A stretch of DNA of 64,000 nt from an uncultured Bacteroidales bacterium. GTDB taxonomy: Bacteria; Bacteroidota; Bacteroidia; Bacteroidales; F082. Positions 16,341 to 26,800 of this stretch are shown in pieces (position 1 is the first letter of the stretch; each line of letters starts with the position of its first letter). The position numbers and the translations under genes were made by a program. The notes below the pieces were generated by a model. It saw only the letters and a list, made by a program, of their open reading frames with translations. It did not search any database and was not told the DNA's origin. Location of the stretch: positions 4,905-68,904 of the forward strand of contig CAMZAM010000010.1 of assembly GCA_947304185.1 (NCBI GenBank), read 5' to 3'.

Positions 16341-18276
16341 ACCGTTTCATCACGACGTAAGCCTCGGGGATTCCGAGCTCTCCGGCCTTACTTAAGTCTT
16401 TGATAGCCTGTGACTTCTTGTTAAGATAAAGCTCTGTCAGAGCGCGGTTGTAGTATGCCTCGCCGAGATTTGGCTCGTATTTGATGGCCATGGTGTAGTC
16501 GTCGATGGCCTTCTGGAACTCCTGCATCTGCAGGTGGATGTTGCCCATGTTATACCACACATAAGGATTGCGTTTGTTTTTATTCCAAACTCGTGTTATC
16601 GTCGTAAGCGACTGCTGATAATCTGGTTTTTCCTGGGTAGGAGAGAAACTTCCGTTAGTCCGCTTTTGCGTGATGGAAATGGTGTTTTCATAGTTTTTGT
16701 CGGTCACGACAAGTTCAGCTTTAGCGTTTTGAACCACCGAAAGATTTATCCCTGCATAGAGGCCTAACACCGGGTCGTCGAGGAGTTCGGTGAACAGACT
16801 CTCACTTCGCTGATAGTTGAAAATCTCGAAGTTATAAATTCCGTTAAGGAAAGTCTTAAGCGACTGATTATCAATATAATCTATAATTGAATCGTTGATA
16901 AACGACTTGTGGTTTTCGTTAAATATATCGTTCACGATATAAACGATTTTTCCGTTGAGGTTGGTGTTTTGCGACAGCTGGCTGAGCGTGGCGTCGATGT
17001 AATAGTTCTCACCGTCGGTGATGTTGACGATAAACGAGCCTCTCGGCTTGATGTTGATGTCGGAGAACTGTATCAGAGTCTTCTGGCGGTTGCCGTCGAC
17101 GAAGTCTGACTCGAAGCTGATGATTTTGTTGTAATCCATCTTCGAATACTGGGCGTAGAGCGAGTCGATATTGGCTTTGTCTTCGCTCACGTAAGCCATG
17201 ATCTGCTTGGCTTGCCATTGGTCTTGCTCCGCTCCGCGTATGTCGTCTTTCTCATATCTCACCACCGCTCTGTTCATCCATGCGTCGATGAAGTCGGGGA
17301 ACAGCTCGATGACTTTAGTGAAGTCGTCTTCGGCGGCGTCCCAGTCTTTCATCCTGTAAAAAAGTATACCTCGGTTGAAGTATCCGTAGATGTTCTGAGG
17401 GTTGATTTCAATCACCTTATTATATAATGCGAGTGCGATGTCGTATTCTTCAAGCATAGAGTAGATGAGGGCTCGGTTGAAATAGGTGAGGGCGTTACGT
17501 TGGTCGAGTCGGTTCACTTTCTCGTAGTCCTTCAACGCCGCGGTGGTGTCGCCGAGGTTCAGGAATGCCACGGCTCTGTTGAAATAGATGAGCGGGTTGT
17601 CTTTGTCCATACGCAACGCGGCGTTGAAGTCGTTCATCGCTGCTTGGTATTCCTCGCGTTCGAGTTCGATCATGCCCCTGCGTATTATCGCCTCCACGTT
17701 GAAATAGTCGTTATACACCGCGCTGTTCATATCGCTGAGTGAGCCGTCGAGATCGTTGAGATAACGCTTCGCTATGCCGCGTGAGATGTAGGCGTTGGCG
17801 TTGTCGGGGTTGATGATCAGCGCTGTGTCAAACTCGGCAACGGCATCAGAGTAGTTGTTTAAGTGCATGAGCGTTGATCCTGATGCGATGTGCAGCTCTT
17901 CGCTGAACGGGTCGAGGCTGATGGCCTGCCGGAAGTCGGACATGGCATCGGCGTAGTTTGAGAGACGGTCATTGGCGACGCCACGGTAATGGTAGGCTCG
18001 CACATACAACGGATGAATCTCGAGGGTGCGTGTGAAGTCGTCGACGGCACCGCTGTAGTCGCTCAAGCTGTATTTCGCTATTCCGCGAAGGAAATAAGCC
18101 TCGAAGTCGTTGGGTTTTGCGATTATGGCGATGTTGAAATTCTTAATCGCCTCGGTGTAGTTCTCCTTTGAGAGCTCGATCTTTCCCATCAGTACGTAAT
18201 GTCTGTGGTTGATCTGCGCGCTCATCTCCGCCAAGGGGACGATGAGGAAAAACAATATGACGATAAGTCTTTTCAA
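16330..18276 (-). CDS. Secreted tetratricopeptide-repeat (TPR) protein
   Basis: Signal peptide, about 9 TPR units (A..Y..RG.A...L.DY..A..D), a non-TPR middle and two C-terminal TPRs. TTG start directly after the LytTR gene stop. Confidence 0.8.
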   Translation of the reverse strand: MKRLIVILFFLIVPLAEMSAQINHRHYVLMGKIELSKENYTEAIKNFNIAIIAKPNDFEAYFLRGIAKYSLSDYSGAVDDFTRTLEIHPLYVRAYHYRGVANDRLSNYADAMSDFRQAISLDPFSEELHIASGSTLMHLNNYSDAVAEFDTALIINPDNANAYISRGIAKRYLNDLDGSLSDMNSAVYNDYFNVEAIIRRGMIELEREEYQAAMNDFNAALRMDKDNPLIYFNRAVAFLNLGDTTAALKDYEKVNRLDQRNALTYFNRALIYSMLEEYDIALALYNKVIEINPQNIYGYFNRGILFYRMKDWDAAEDDFTKVIELFPDFIDAWMNRAVVRYEKDDIRGAEQDQWQAKQIMAYVSEDKANIDSLYAQYSKMDYNKIISFESDFVDGNRQKTLIQFSDINIKPRGSFIVNITDGENYYIDATLSQLSQNTNLNGKIVYIVNDIFNENHKSFINDSIIDYIDNQSLKTFLNGIYNFEIFNYQRSESLFTELLDDPVLGLYAGINLSVVQNAKAELVVTDKNYENTISITQKRTNGSFSPTQEKPDYQQSLTTITRVWNKNKRNPYVWYNMGNIHLQMQEFQKAIDDYTMAIKYEPNLGEAYYNRALTELYLNKKSQAIKDLSKAGELGIPEAYVVMKRFTE

Positions 18277-19179
18277 CTATTTTTGGTATTTCATGAAAGC
18301 CTCCATGATGGCTTCCTGATAGGTCTTCGACACGGTGATGTCCTTGATGCTGGTGGTGTCAAACTGTATGATGAACTCAGTCTGGTCTTTCTTTAGCGAT
18401 GTGACGTGCAGCAGGTTGATCATAAACGAGCGATGGCAGCGTTGGATTGGGGTCTCGCGCAGGTCGTCAGACAGTTTCTTAAGGTTAGTGCGCAGGAAAA
18501 AATCGACGATGCGGTCGTTGTTTATGTATTTGACAATCACGTAGTTATCGGCGGCCTCGGCATAGAGTATGTTTTCCACGTTGATGGAGAGGCGTATCTC
18601 GCCTTTTTCATCTTTAAGATGGATGATGTTGCTGTCAGTGCTTCTCTCTCCGAGTTCCTTGATTCTATTCTTAAGATATTGATTATCAAGGAATAACAAT
18701 GATATGGTATATGGAATGAGGAGCATCCATACGGTGTTGGCTGTCGATTTCTTGAAGATGGAGAAGAGGGCTTCCCATAGTGTCATCTCGGGGTTGTCGG
18801 AGAGGAAGTTATTGACGAATCCCACCTTATAGGCGATGAAGGTATAGAATAATGACAGTATGACGGCGTCGCTGATGAGCCAGATGATGTAGCCGGGGTA
18901 GGTGAGTTGGAACTTTTTCACCACAATATTCATGATGACGCGGCTCAGCGACACCAGCACCATACCGATGAGCACCATGAGTGACGAGTACAGGAAGTAG
19001 TTGGCGCTGTTGTTGTTATGTATCCACGTCTCCGAGTTGAAAGGTCGGAAGATGTTGATGAACACCAAAGAATAAACAGTGGTGAAGAGTATCATCCTCA
19101 CCACGTTGTTAGTTTCCAACAGGTAGCCTGGTAGCTCCTTGTTGCCAAAAATCTTAAGTTTATACTTTCTGGTATCCAC
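18277..19179 (-). CDS. Membrane-embedded LytTR-family DNA-binding protein (4 TM + LytTR)
   Basis: Four N-terminal hydrophobic helices. The C-terminal NILYAEAADNYVIVKYIN...IQRCHRSFMINLLHV is a LytTR domain. The GTG start overlaps the tonB stop. Confidence 0.75.
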   Translation of the reverse strand: MDTRKYKLKIFGNKELPGYLLETNNVVRMILFTTVYSLVFINIFRPFNSETWIHNNNSANYFLYSSLMVLIGMVLVSLSRVIMNIVVKKFQLTYPGYIIWLISDAVILSLFYTFIAYKVGFVNNFLSDNPEMTLWEALFSIFKKSTANTVWMLLIPYTISLLFLDNQYLKNRIKELGERSTDSNIIHLKDEKGEIRLSINVENILYAEAADNYVIVKYINNDRIVDFFLRTNLKKLSDDLRETPIQRCHRSFMINLLHVTSLKKDQTEFIIQFDTTSIKDITVSKTYQEAIMEAFMKYQK

Positions 19180-19862
19180 TACTGAAGTTTGAATACGATA
19201 GGCAGAGTATAAGCCACACGCACCGGGTTACCGCGCTGCTTGCCAGGTTTGAATTTAGGCAGGCTTTGCACTACGCGCACTGCTTCTTCGTCGCAGCCGC
19301 CACCGATGCCACGGAGCACTTTCACGTTGGAGATAGAGCCGTCTTTCTCGACGACGAATCCCACGAACACCTTACCTTGGATGTCGCTTTCACGAGCCAT
19401 CATAGGGTATTTGAGGTTCTTCTGAACGTATTCAAGAAGTTTTGCCGGACCGCCAGGGAACTCAGGGTTCTCTTCCACAGAGAGGAACACTTCTTCTTCC
19501 TGAATCTCTTCATCTTCGATTTCAGGAGCTTCGTAGACATATTCTTCAATCTCTTCGTTCTGGTCGACTTCAGCGTTGATATCGATATCTTCAACCTCAA
19601 CGTCGTCTTCCACCACCTGGATCTGTGTCACCTGTGGCTTAGGAGTCTGAATCTCAGGTTTTGGCTGTTCCTGCTTGGTGATTTCAACCATTTCCTCTTC
19701 CATCACTTCAACCTGACGGGCGAAGGTGTCGAGGTTTTGCTTGTCGTAGCTTCTGTATTCAAACACGCGCCAAACGACAAATAATGCGATAACCAGTCCG
19801 ATAAGCGTGAAAGTCAATTTCTTGCTGTCAAGATCCGCTTTTGGTGATTTTTTTATTTCCAT
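19179..19862 (-). CDS. tonB: Energy transducer TonB family protein
   Basis: N-terminal anchor, an acidic/Pro-rich linker, and a C-terminal EFPGGPAKLLEYVQKNLKYP...GKVFVGFVVEKDGSISNVKVLRGIG...KFKPGKQRG TonB_C domain. Confidence 0.85.
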   Translation of the reverse strand: MEIKKSPKADLDSKKLTFTLIGLVIALFVVWRVFEYRSYDKQNLDTFARQVEVMEEEMVEITKQEQPKPEIQTPKPQVTQIQVVEDDVEVEDIDINAEVDQNEEIEEYVYEAPEIEDEEIQEEEVFLSVEENPEFPGGPAKLLEYVQKNLKYPMMARESDIQGKVFVGFVVEKDGSISNVKVLRGIGGGCDEEAVRVVQSLPKFKPGKQRGNPVRVAYTLPIVFKLQ

Positions 19863-19926
19863 GATTCTAAATTTTATTCTTATACAAATAACGCTGCGAA
19901 GTTAGCAAAAATTATTGAATTATGTA

Positions 19927-20331
19927 TCAATTTTTTATCATTTTTTTTCGAAAAATGATTTTAAAGATGAAAATGCCTAATACACAACCGATTACGTCGG
20001 CTAAAAAATCATAAACGCTGCCGCATCGTCCTTTGAAAACATATGTCTGAAGCACCTCGGTGAAGGCTCCGTACGATATCGCGATGAAAAGTGTAACCAG
20101 TTGAAGTCTAATACGATAGGCTTTTCCGTTTTCGCAGTATTCTTTCCTATAGCCAACGATGACGGAGAACGCGAAGCATGCGAACATGACGCAATGCATT
20201 ATCTTGTCAGGTCCGAGCCATTCCCAAAATGTCCTGACTTTAGGAAAATAAGACCCCGGCAGACCGCATAGTATCATGATGATGATACCGCATATCAAGC
20301 CGGGGCAGATATGTCTTGTCAGACGTTCCAA
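19927..20331 (-). CDS. VanZ family membrane protein
   Basis: Four hydrophobic helices with DKIMH and EVLQ..V.GR....D...D motifs. The TTG start directly follows the gcvH stop, so the start is uncertain. Confidence 0.6.
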   Translation of the reverse strand: MERLTRHICPGLICGIIIMILCGLPGSYFPKVRTFWEWLGPDKIMHCVMFACFAFSVIVGYRKEYCENGKAYRIRLQLVTLFIAISYGAFTEVLQTYVFKGRCGSVYDFLADVIGCVLGIFIFKIIFRKKMIKN

Positions 20332-20709
20332 TTATCCGATAAGGGCTTTGTAACCTTCTGCATCGAGGAGGTTGTCCATCTCGGCTGCGTTGGTCACTTC
20401 GACTTTGATGATCCAGCCTTCACCGTATGGGTCGCTGTTGACTTTCTCAGGAGCGTCGGCGAGTTCTTCGTTGAATTCGATGACTTTGCCGCCCACTGGC
20501 ATGAACATCTCTGATGATGTCTTCACTGCCTCGATGGTGCCGAATGTCTCTTCAGCCTCGAGAGTCTCATCCAATGTGTCAACGTCGACGAAAACGATGT
20601 CGCCAAGTTCGTGTTGTGCATAGTCGGTGATACCGATGTAAGCGTTGTCTCCTTCTAAACGGATCCACTCGTGATCCTTAGTGTACTTTAAGTTTGTAGG
20701 AATGTTCAT
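20332..20709 (-). CDS. gcvH: Glycine cleavage system H protein
   Basis: 125 aa. YTKDHEWIR and the lipoyl-Lys context IEAVKTSSE. Confidence 0.93.
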   Translation of the reverse strand: MNIPTNLKYTKDHEWIRLEGDNAYIGITDYAQHELGDIVFVDVDTLDETLEAEETFGTIEAVKTSSEMFMPVGGKVIEFNEELADAPEKVNSDPYGEGWIIKVEVTNAAEMDNLLDAEGYKALIG

Positions 20710-20750
20710 ATCTTTTATTTAAAATTGATTTTACTTAATAATTTCCGCTA

Positions 20751-20758
20751 CAAAAATA
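20751..20758 (-). promoter_or_regulatory. -7 box TATTTTTG for gcvH
   Basis: Plus strand reads caaaaata. It lies 42 nt upstream of ATG 20709. Confidence 0.5.
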
Positions 20759-20800
20759 CGACATTAATTGTATTGTGATACAATATTTTAAAAATATTTT

Positions 20801-23800
20801 TTATTGCGTCAGGCTGAAGCGTGCAGTGATGCCGGCAAAGACATTGGTTGTCTTGTAGGCGTTGGCAACGAACGGATTCGTCATGTCGTACTTAAAGAAC
20901 ACCTGCATGCCGAGACGCTGGCTGAAGTTGTAATCGCCTGTGAGATAGACGTTTACCTTGTTCTGGCCTGCCGATATCTGGCTATGATGCTCGTCGATGC
21001 TGCGCAATGTCGTCACGTCTCTCCTGAATCCGAGGTCGAGCTTGATCTTCAGGTCGTTGCTCACCTTCTTAGAGCCGCTGCCGTCGAAGAGCGACAGGCT
21101 GAAACCTAAGTCTTTGAAGGTGTATCCACATCCGATGACAATCTCGCGTCCGTTGACCTCGGTGATCTGGTTATTGCTGAATCCGAGCGTTATCGTCCTC
21201 GACTTCTTGAATTCGATAGAAGGAGTAAGCGAGTTGTTGAATCCCAGCGTGACGCCGAGGAGAGGCGCATACTGTTCGCTGAGCATCAGTTGTGAGATGT
21301 CGTATTCAGGGATTCTCATGTTGGTTCCGGAGAACACCGCCATCTGTTCGTTAGCGTTGTAGTTGACATTGTTAGCCCATGCCGAGATGCTGAACGACGA
21401 CTTATATCCGTGTGTGAGCGTGATAGTCTTGAAGTGTTTCTTCAATGCTGGAATCTTGCTTAATCCGGTGAAGTTGATGGTCCAGTTCGGCAATGCCACA
21501 GTTCTGAAGAGGCTGAGTGATACGTGATCGGCGCTCTTACCGCTGTATGCCGCGATGAACGCGTAGGTGAGGACCTCCTGTTGCGATGAGGTGTAGCCGA
21601 GTGGATAACTTTCTCCTGTAGCTTCGTCATAGACGTATGGCGAGCCCATTCCGACCCAAGCCCTGTTGTTATGAGCCAGACGGTCGGCGATATCTTTACG
21701 ATAGTCGCATAGGTTGTCGAAGAGCCTGTCGCCATTGGCGAAGGAGGTGCAGGTCATCATGTATGAGATGCTGTAGTTACCGCCTGTGGTCGGGGTGTAG
21801 AACTGGAATATCTGCATGGCGTCGGCACGGAAATATTCTGAGAAGTTCTCAGCATATGTACGTGTTCCTGTGACTTCAATCTTCAGGTCGGTGAACGGCT
21901 CGGCCGACACCTTATAATTATACGTCTCGCTAAGTCGTTCGGTGTACGGCTGGTTGAAGGTGGAGTCGGTGGTGAGCCATCCTTTGCTGATGGCGTTGTT
22001 GAGCACGTTGTTGTTTTGTCCTATGACAAAGCCTAATCCTGGTGCTCCGCCGTTGTCCAAGCCTAACATGCGAGGTTGAGTCATGAAGCCCGGCAATCCC
22101 ACGCCTGTAGTCTTTGAGTAGGTGAATGTCACCTTCTTGACGCTGCAGAGTATGCGTAAGGTGTTGTCTAATATCGACTTACCTATACTTGATTCGGATT
22201 TTTTCTCTTTCTTGGTGATGCTGTCGTTGCCGCTGTTGTTTTCTTTGCCACCGCCTTTATTCCTATCTCTATTAGGGGTGTTGCTGTTGCGTCGCGGTGA
22301 AAGAATCTTCTTGAGGTAGTCCGACCTGTTGTAAAGCTTCGTCATGTCGGCGGTGGCCGTAAACTGCAGGGTCTTGTCGTTCTCGATGGTGTTACCCAAT
22401 CGCATCTGGGTATAACGTGAGTTACCAATCCAGCGGTAGTTGCCGGTGTAGTTGATGGTCGAGCCGAGCCAGTCGCAATACGGCAGCTTGTTGATAGGCA
22501 CGTTATAGCTCAGCTTCACCGATTGGTTGAAACGTGAGATGGATCCGAAGTTCATGATTTCGTCACGCACTGTGTCACGGTTAGCTCTCCATTCGTCGCT
22601 GTTACGTTCCGGATTGCCGGCAGGCTCGTAGATATATGCCTGTGCCTGTGCCGTATAGGTGAAGTTCAGGTTCTTCGTGATGTCGTAACGGAAGTCGTAG
22701 TTTCGTGTCCAGTCCCAGCTCTTCGCTGTCGTCTCCTTGAGGATGATGAGTCCTGACGACTTGTTACGCATCTTCTGCGTATGGATCTGTCGGTACATCT
22801 CGGTGTTGAACGAGAAGCTCTTTGGCAGATAATAGAGGTTGAAATCCTTGAATATCTGCATATATGGCGATGATGCCCATTCTTTCTTAGCAAACGGTGT
22901 CCAAGGCTTCGCGCCAGTGGTGTAGGCGTAGCCTATACCTCCGCGGTGTGACTTCTGGCGGTTGTATTCCATGTCAGGTGTCGACTGTTCCTGGTTGGTG
23001 TAGGCGTATGATGCGTTGAGGTTCTCCACATCCCAGAAATGCGGTTTCTTGTTGCCGACACGGTTTTTACGTACGTTGGTGACGTTGAAGTTGGTTTGTC
23101 GCGTCACGTCGCGCGCCAACGCGTTGAGCGAGTCTTGTCCGCGTTTGTCGAGGTCCTGCAGCGAGCGTTTGAGTTTCACGTCAGGGTCGAGAGGGTTGTA
23201 TTCCGGCGTGATGGTTGTATTGTTATGGTCGAAGTGTACCGGCACCGTCATGCCGCTCTTCTCAGGCACCATAAACTTGCCAAGGTCGAGGTCGGCCGAC
23301 ACGCTGTAGTATCTCTGTGCCCGCATATCGTTGTCGGTGATCTTAGTCTCGAGTGATCCGTATCCGGCTGATTTATATGATCCTGCCACTGCCACACGGC
23401 CGAGGTCGGCGAGGAATGCCTCCACACGTCCTGTAGCGGCGTAGCCACCGTTGCTGCTGAGGTCGGTCATACGTAACTCGTTGATCCACAATATAATACT
23501 CTTATCTTGTGATACCTCGCCATCTCTCTTCGGGTTTCTGACGCCTATCATCATCGAGCGCACCTCGCTGATGGTAGGGTTACCCAGCACCTTGATGGTG
23601 TTTTTGCCGTCATGTTCGCTATAGAGCCTGTTAGGTCTGATCTCTGTGTTGCCGTTGGCTATGGCGGTATTACGGTTCGATTTCACTTCCACGACCTTGT
23701 CGAAGTCGATCTCGAAGTTATTCGACTCAGGCCAGATGGTGTATTCGTCGGTTATCGACGTGCCCCAAGGCGTGATTTTCAGCGGCACCTCATATTCGTA

Positions 23801-26800
23801 ATAGTTATCGGTGAGGTCGGAACCGAAACGGATGAATGCCGTCACCTCGTTGTCGAGCACCGGGTCGGTGTCGTACATGCTCTCGGCGTGTACGAACATC
23901 TTGAGTTTCTTATAGAATCGGAAGTCGAACTCGGTGGCTTTATACACTGCACGTGCATCGCCGTCGACGAGGTTTTTCACTGAGAGCTGCAGTGCCTGTT
24001 CGTTCTGACGTACCGTCGATGTGGCGCCGGTGTATACCTCCTGTTCGATGCCAGGCGGGATGCAGTATGGCACAGGACGACGGCCGCTGTTTTCTTCCAC
24101 GTTGACAGCCGACATCTCGAATACGGTGTGGTTAGTCTGGTCGCCTGGCTGGTATTCGCCAGGAGCTTGGATGGTGTTGGTATATGTGCGCCATTCGCCT
24201 CTCACGAGGTCAAGGGTGGCGAAACGAAGCACGATGTCGCTCTTGAAGCCTTTGAGGAACATCCTCATGAAGCGGATGGAGTTGTAGCCTTCGATGTTAC
24301 CCACCACACGGCTAGGCTCACGCACCGGGATGCGGAACTGATACCATTTCACTCTCTTCGTCGTGCCGTTGGCGACTTGTACAGTGGCGGTGCGGATGTC
24401 GGAGATGAAGTTCTGTCCCGACACCTGCATCTTCATCGGGTCGAGCTCGATGACATACTGATAGTAGTTTTCCGACTCACTTAAAGTGTTGTCTTTGTTG
24501 ATGTCTTCCTGATCAGGGAGTGTGCTGTTGTTTGTGGTATAGTCTTCGGTATACTGGGTCTCGGAAGGCGAGTTGCCTTCGTTGCCGTTGTATTTCTTAT
24601 AACGTTCAAGGATGCTTGAATACAGCGGGTCGCTGTCGTAGTCGCTGCCACGGAAGTAGTGGTAGTTATCTGACGACGGGTCGGTGCTGAGTCTGTCGTA
24701 AGCCGACATGTTGAGTTTGGTCCTCATGACATTGAGGAAGTCGGAGTGGAACGAGCGCTCGTCGTCGTCGCTTATGCCATCGTAACCGATATCCTGATAT
24801 TGACGTGAGTTCGGGTCGGTGTTGAAGGCGTCGACGAGGGCTTGTAGCGATGGAACACGACCCCATACCGTGGTGTCGACGTTCTCGACGGTAGCAGTGG
24901 TAGGCAAGCCGTGCTCGTAGGCCTTACGACCATCGCGGAGGATGTCTTCTGACACGTCACCAAGGTTGAAGTACAGCTGACCGATGTTGGTCGGGTCTTG
25001 TTCTTCGCAGAACGGATCCATCATCCAGAACTCGATATATTCCACGTTGGTGGAGTTGAAGTCCGACGACTCTATGGCGCGCATGATACCGCCCCAACGG
25101 TCTTCAGGGTTGTCGAAGGTGCCGTCTTCGTTGACGTTCTGCGTGTCGTAGTTATAAGGTCCACGTTCATTTGGGTAATATGCAAGGTTGAGCACCGACA
25201 TGTTTGTCGACGTTCCAGCCTGTATGTCTTTGTTAGGATACACCTCGGTGAGAAGCACCTGACGTACGCGGTTATCCGACAGCTCTTCGTTGTTGATATT
25301 GGCTGGCAGCAGGTTACCGTATCTGTCGTAGAATACCGACTGATCGATGGTGTACCATGCTAACTTGGCGCGATTCTTGCCGTTTTCCAAGCCCACGGAA
25401 CCGCCTTCAGGGAAGAGGTTGCTTTGGTTTTGCGGGGTGCTGGCGAGATGCCAGAAGTTCCACTGACGCATGTCGATGGTCGACTTGGCGCCTTCGAAGT
25501 CGTCAATATACGATGTGCCGGTCTGCTTGGAATCTTTGTTGATGCCTTGGATGAAACGAGCCACCTCGGCTGACACTATGACACGTGAGACGGCATTTGT
25601 CTCGTAGAGCGGCAGCTTGTCGAGCATGTCGGTGAGCCACTGCGACTGTGTTTGATAGTTGAGGTCGGCACCGTAAATGGTGTTGGAGATAGGCTCGTCG
25701 CTGTAGTTGACCTTCGTGGTATAGGCACGTTCTCTGAGATGCAGCACCGTTCCACCGATGATGAATGTCGGGTTGATCTCGTGCTCTACGCGTGCTCCGA
25801 GGAACGTCTTACGGATGGTTGACAGCGCGGTGTTGTTCTCGAGAGAGACGTTGATGGTCGTTCCTGAGTTAAGCAGAGCTTCGTTGAGAATCGTCACACG
25901 TCCTAAGGTATAGTCGACGGTGTAGTCGACGTTCTCCACCAGCGGGATGCCGCCTGCCGTCACGCGGACCGAACCTGGCTGCACGTTGAGCGCGTTGAGG
26001 TTGATCTCGCTGCCTGACGACGAGGTGTAACGTCCTTCCAGACGGTATTTGTTCTTGTCGGTATATTGTTGTGCCATAACCTTCGTCATGGTGTACAACG
26101 AGTCGTAGGCGTATTTGTCGGCAAGATTCGGGTAATCCTTGAAAATCTTATTCCTGATCTGACTTCCGAAAGGCTCCAGCACGGTGAAGTAGATACGTCC
26201 TGTCGCCGCGTTGATGGTACCACCGTTGGTGGATGCGCCGTTCACGAAATCGAACATACCATCACCGCCTTCGATAGGGTTGTTCTGGCTGTTCAAACGG
26301 TCCATGCCCATGAGGTTCAGCAACGAATTTTCACGGATGTCGTCGGGAGCATCGGCGAAGTAACCTGTCGCCACGCCGTTGTCATTACCGAGATAAAGGA
26401 TGTTCATTGTGAAGTTATTGGCTGCCACCTGATAAGCATGGATGTTATAGACGTTCTTCATCATGAGGTTCCACATCGGCATCTTAGTGTTGATGGTGGT
26501 GCTCTTTAACATCTTGGTAACCAGGATGTTAGGCTCCTGGATACCTTGATCGGAGAACTCACCGACTTGGAACACGCCTTCTTGACCGATGACGGTGTAT
26601 TGGTATGCCACTGCGAGGGTCTGGTTGGCGTTGAGGGTGACATTCAACGTGATGAAACCGAGCTTACGGTTCAGCGTATATTCGTTGGCAGTCAGCTTAC
26701 GAGCCTTCTGTATCTTCTCGAAGTCACGACCCGAGATGTAACCTTGTCCGGTGAGATAAGCAGTGACCGTGTTGAGGTTACGTATCTGGGTGGTGTCCAT

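Noticed and set aside
19266-19784. 172-aa + strand ORF opposite tonB
   Set aside because: This is an antisense shadow. The repetitive F/L/V/D composition mirrors the acidic linker of TonB.
20760-20800. Weak AT-only palindrome attgtat-tgtg-atacaat after the sprA stop, considered as a terminator
   Set aside because: It has a 7-bp A/T-only stem without a convincing T-run, so its stability is too low to call.
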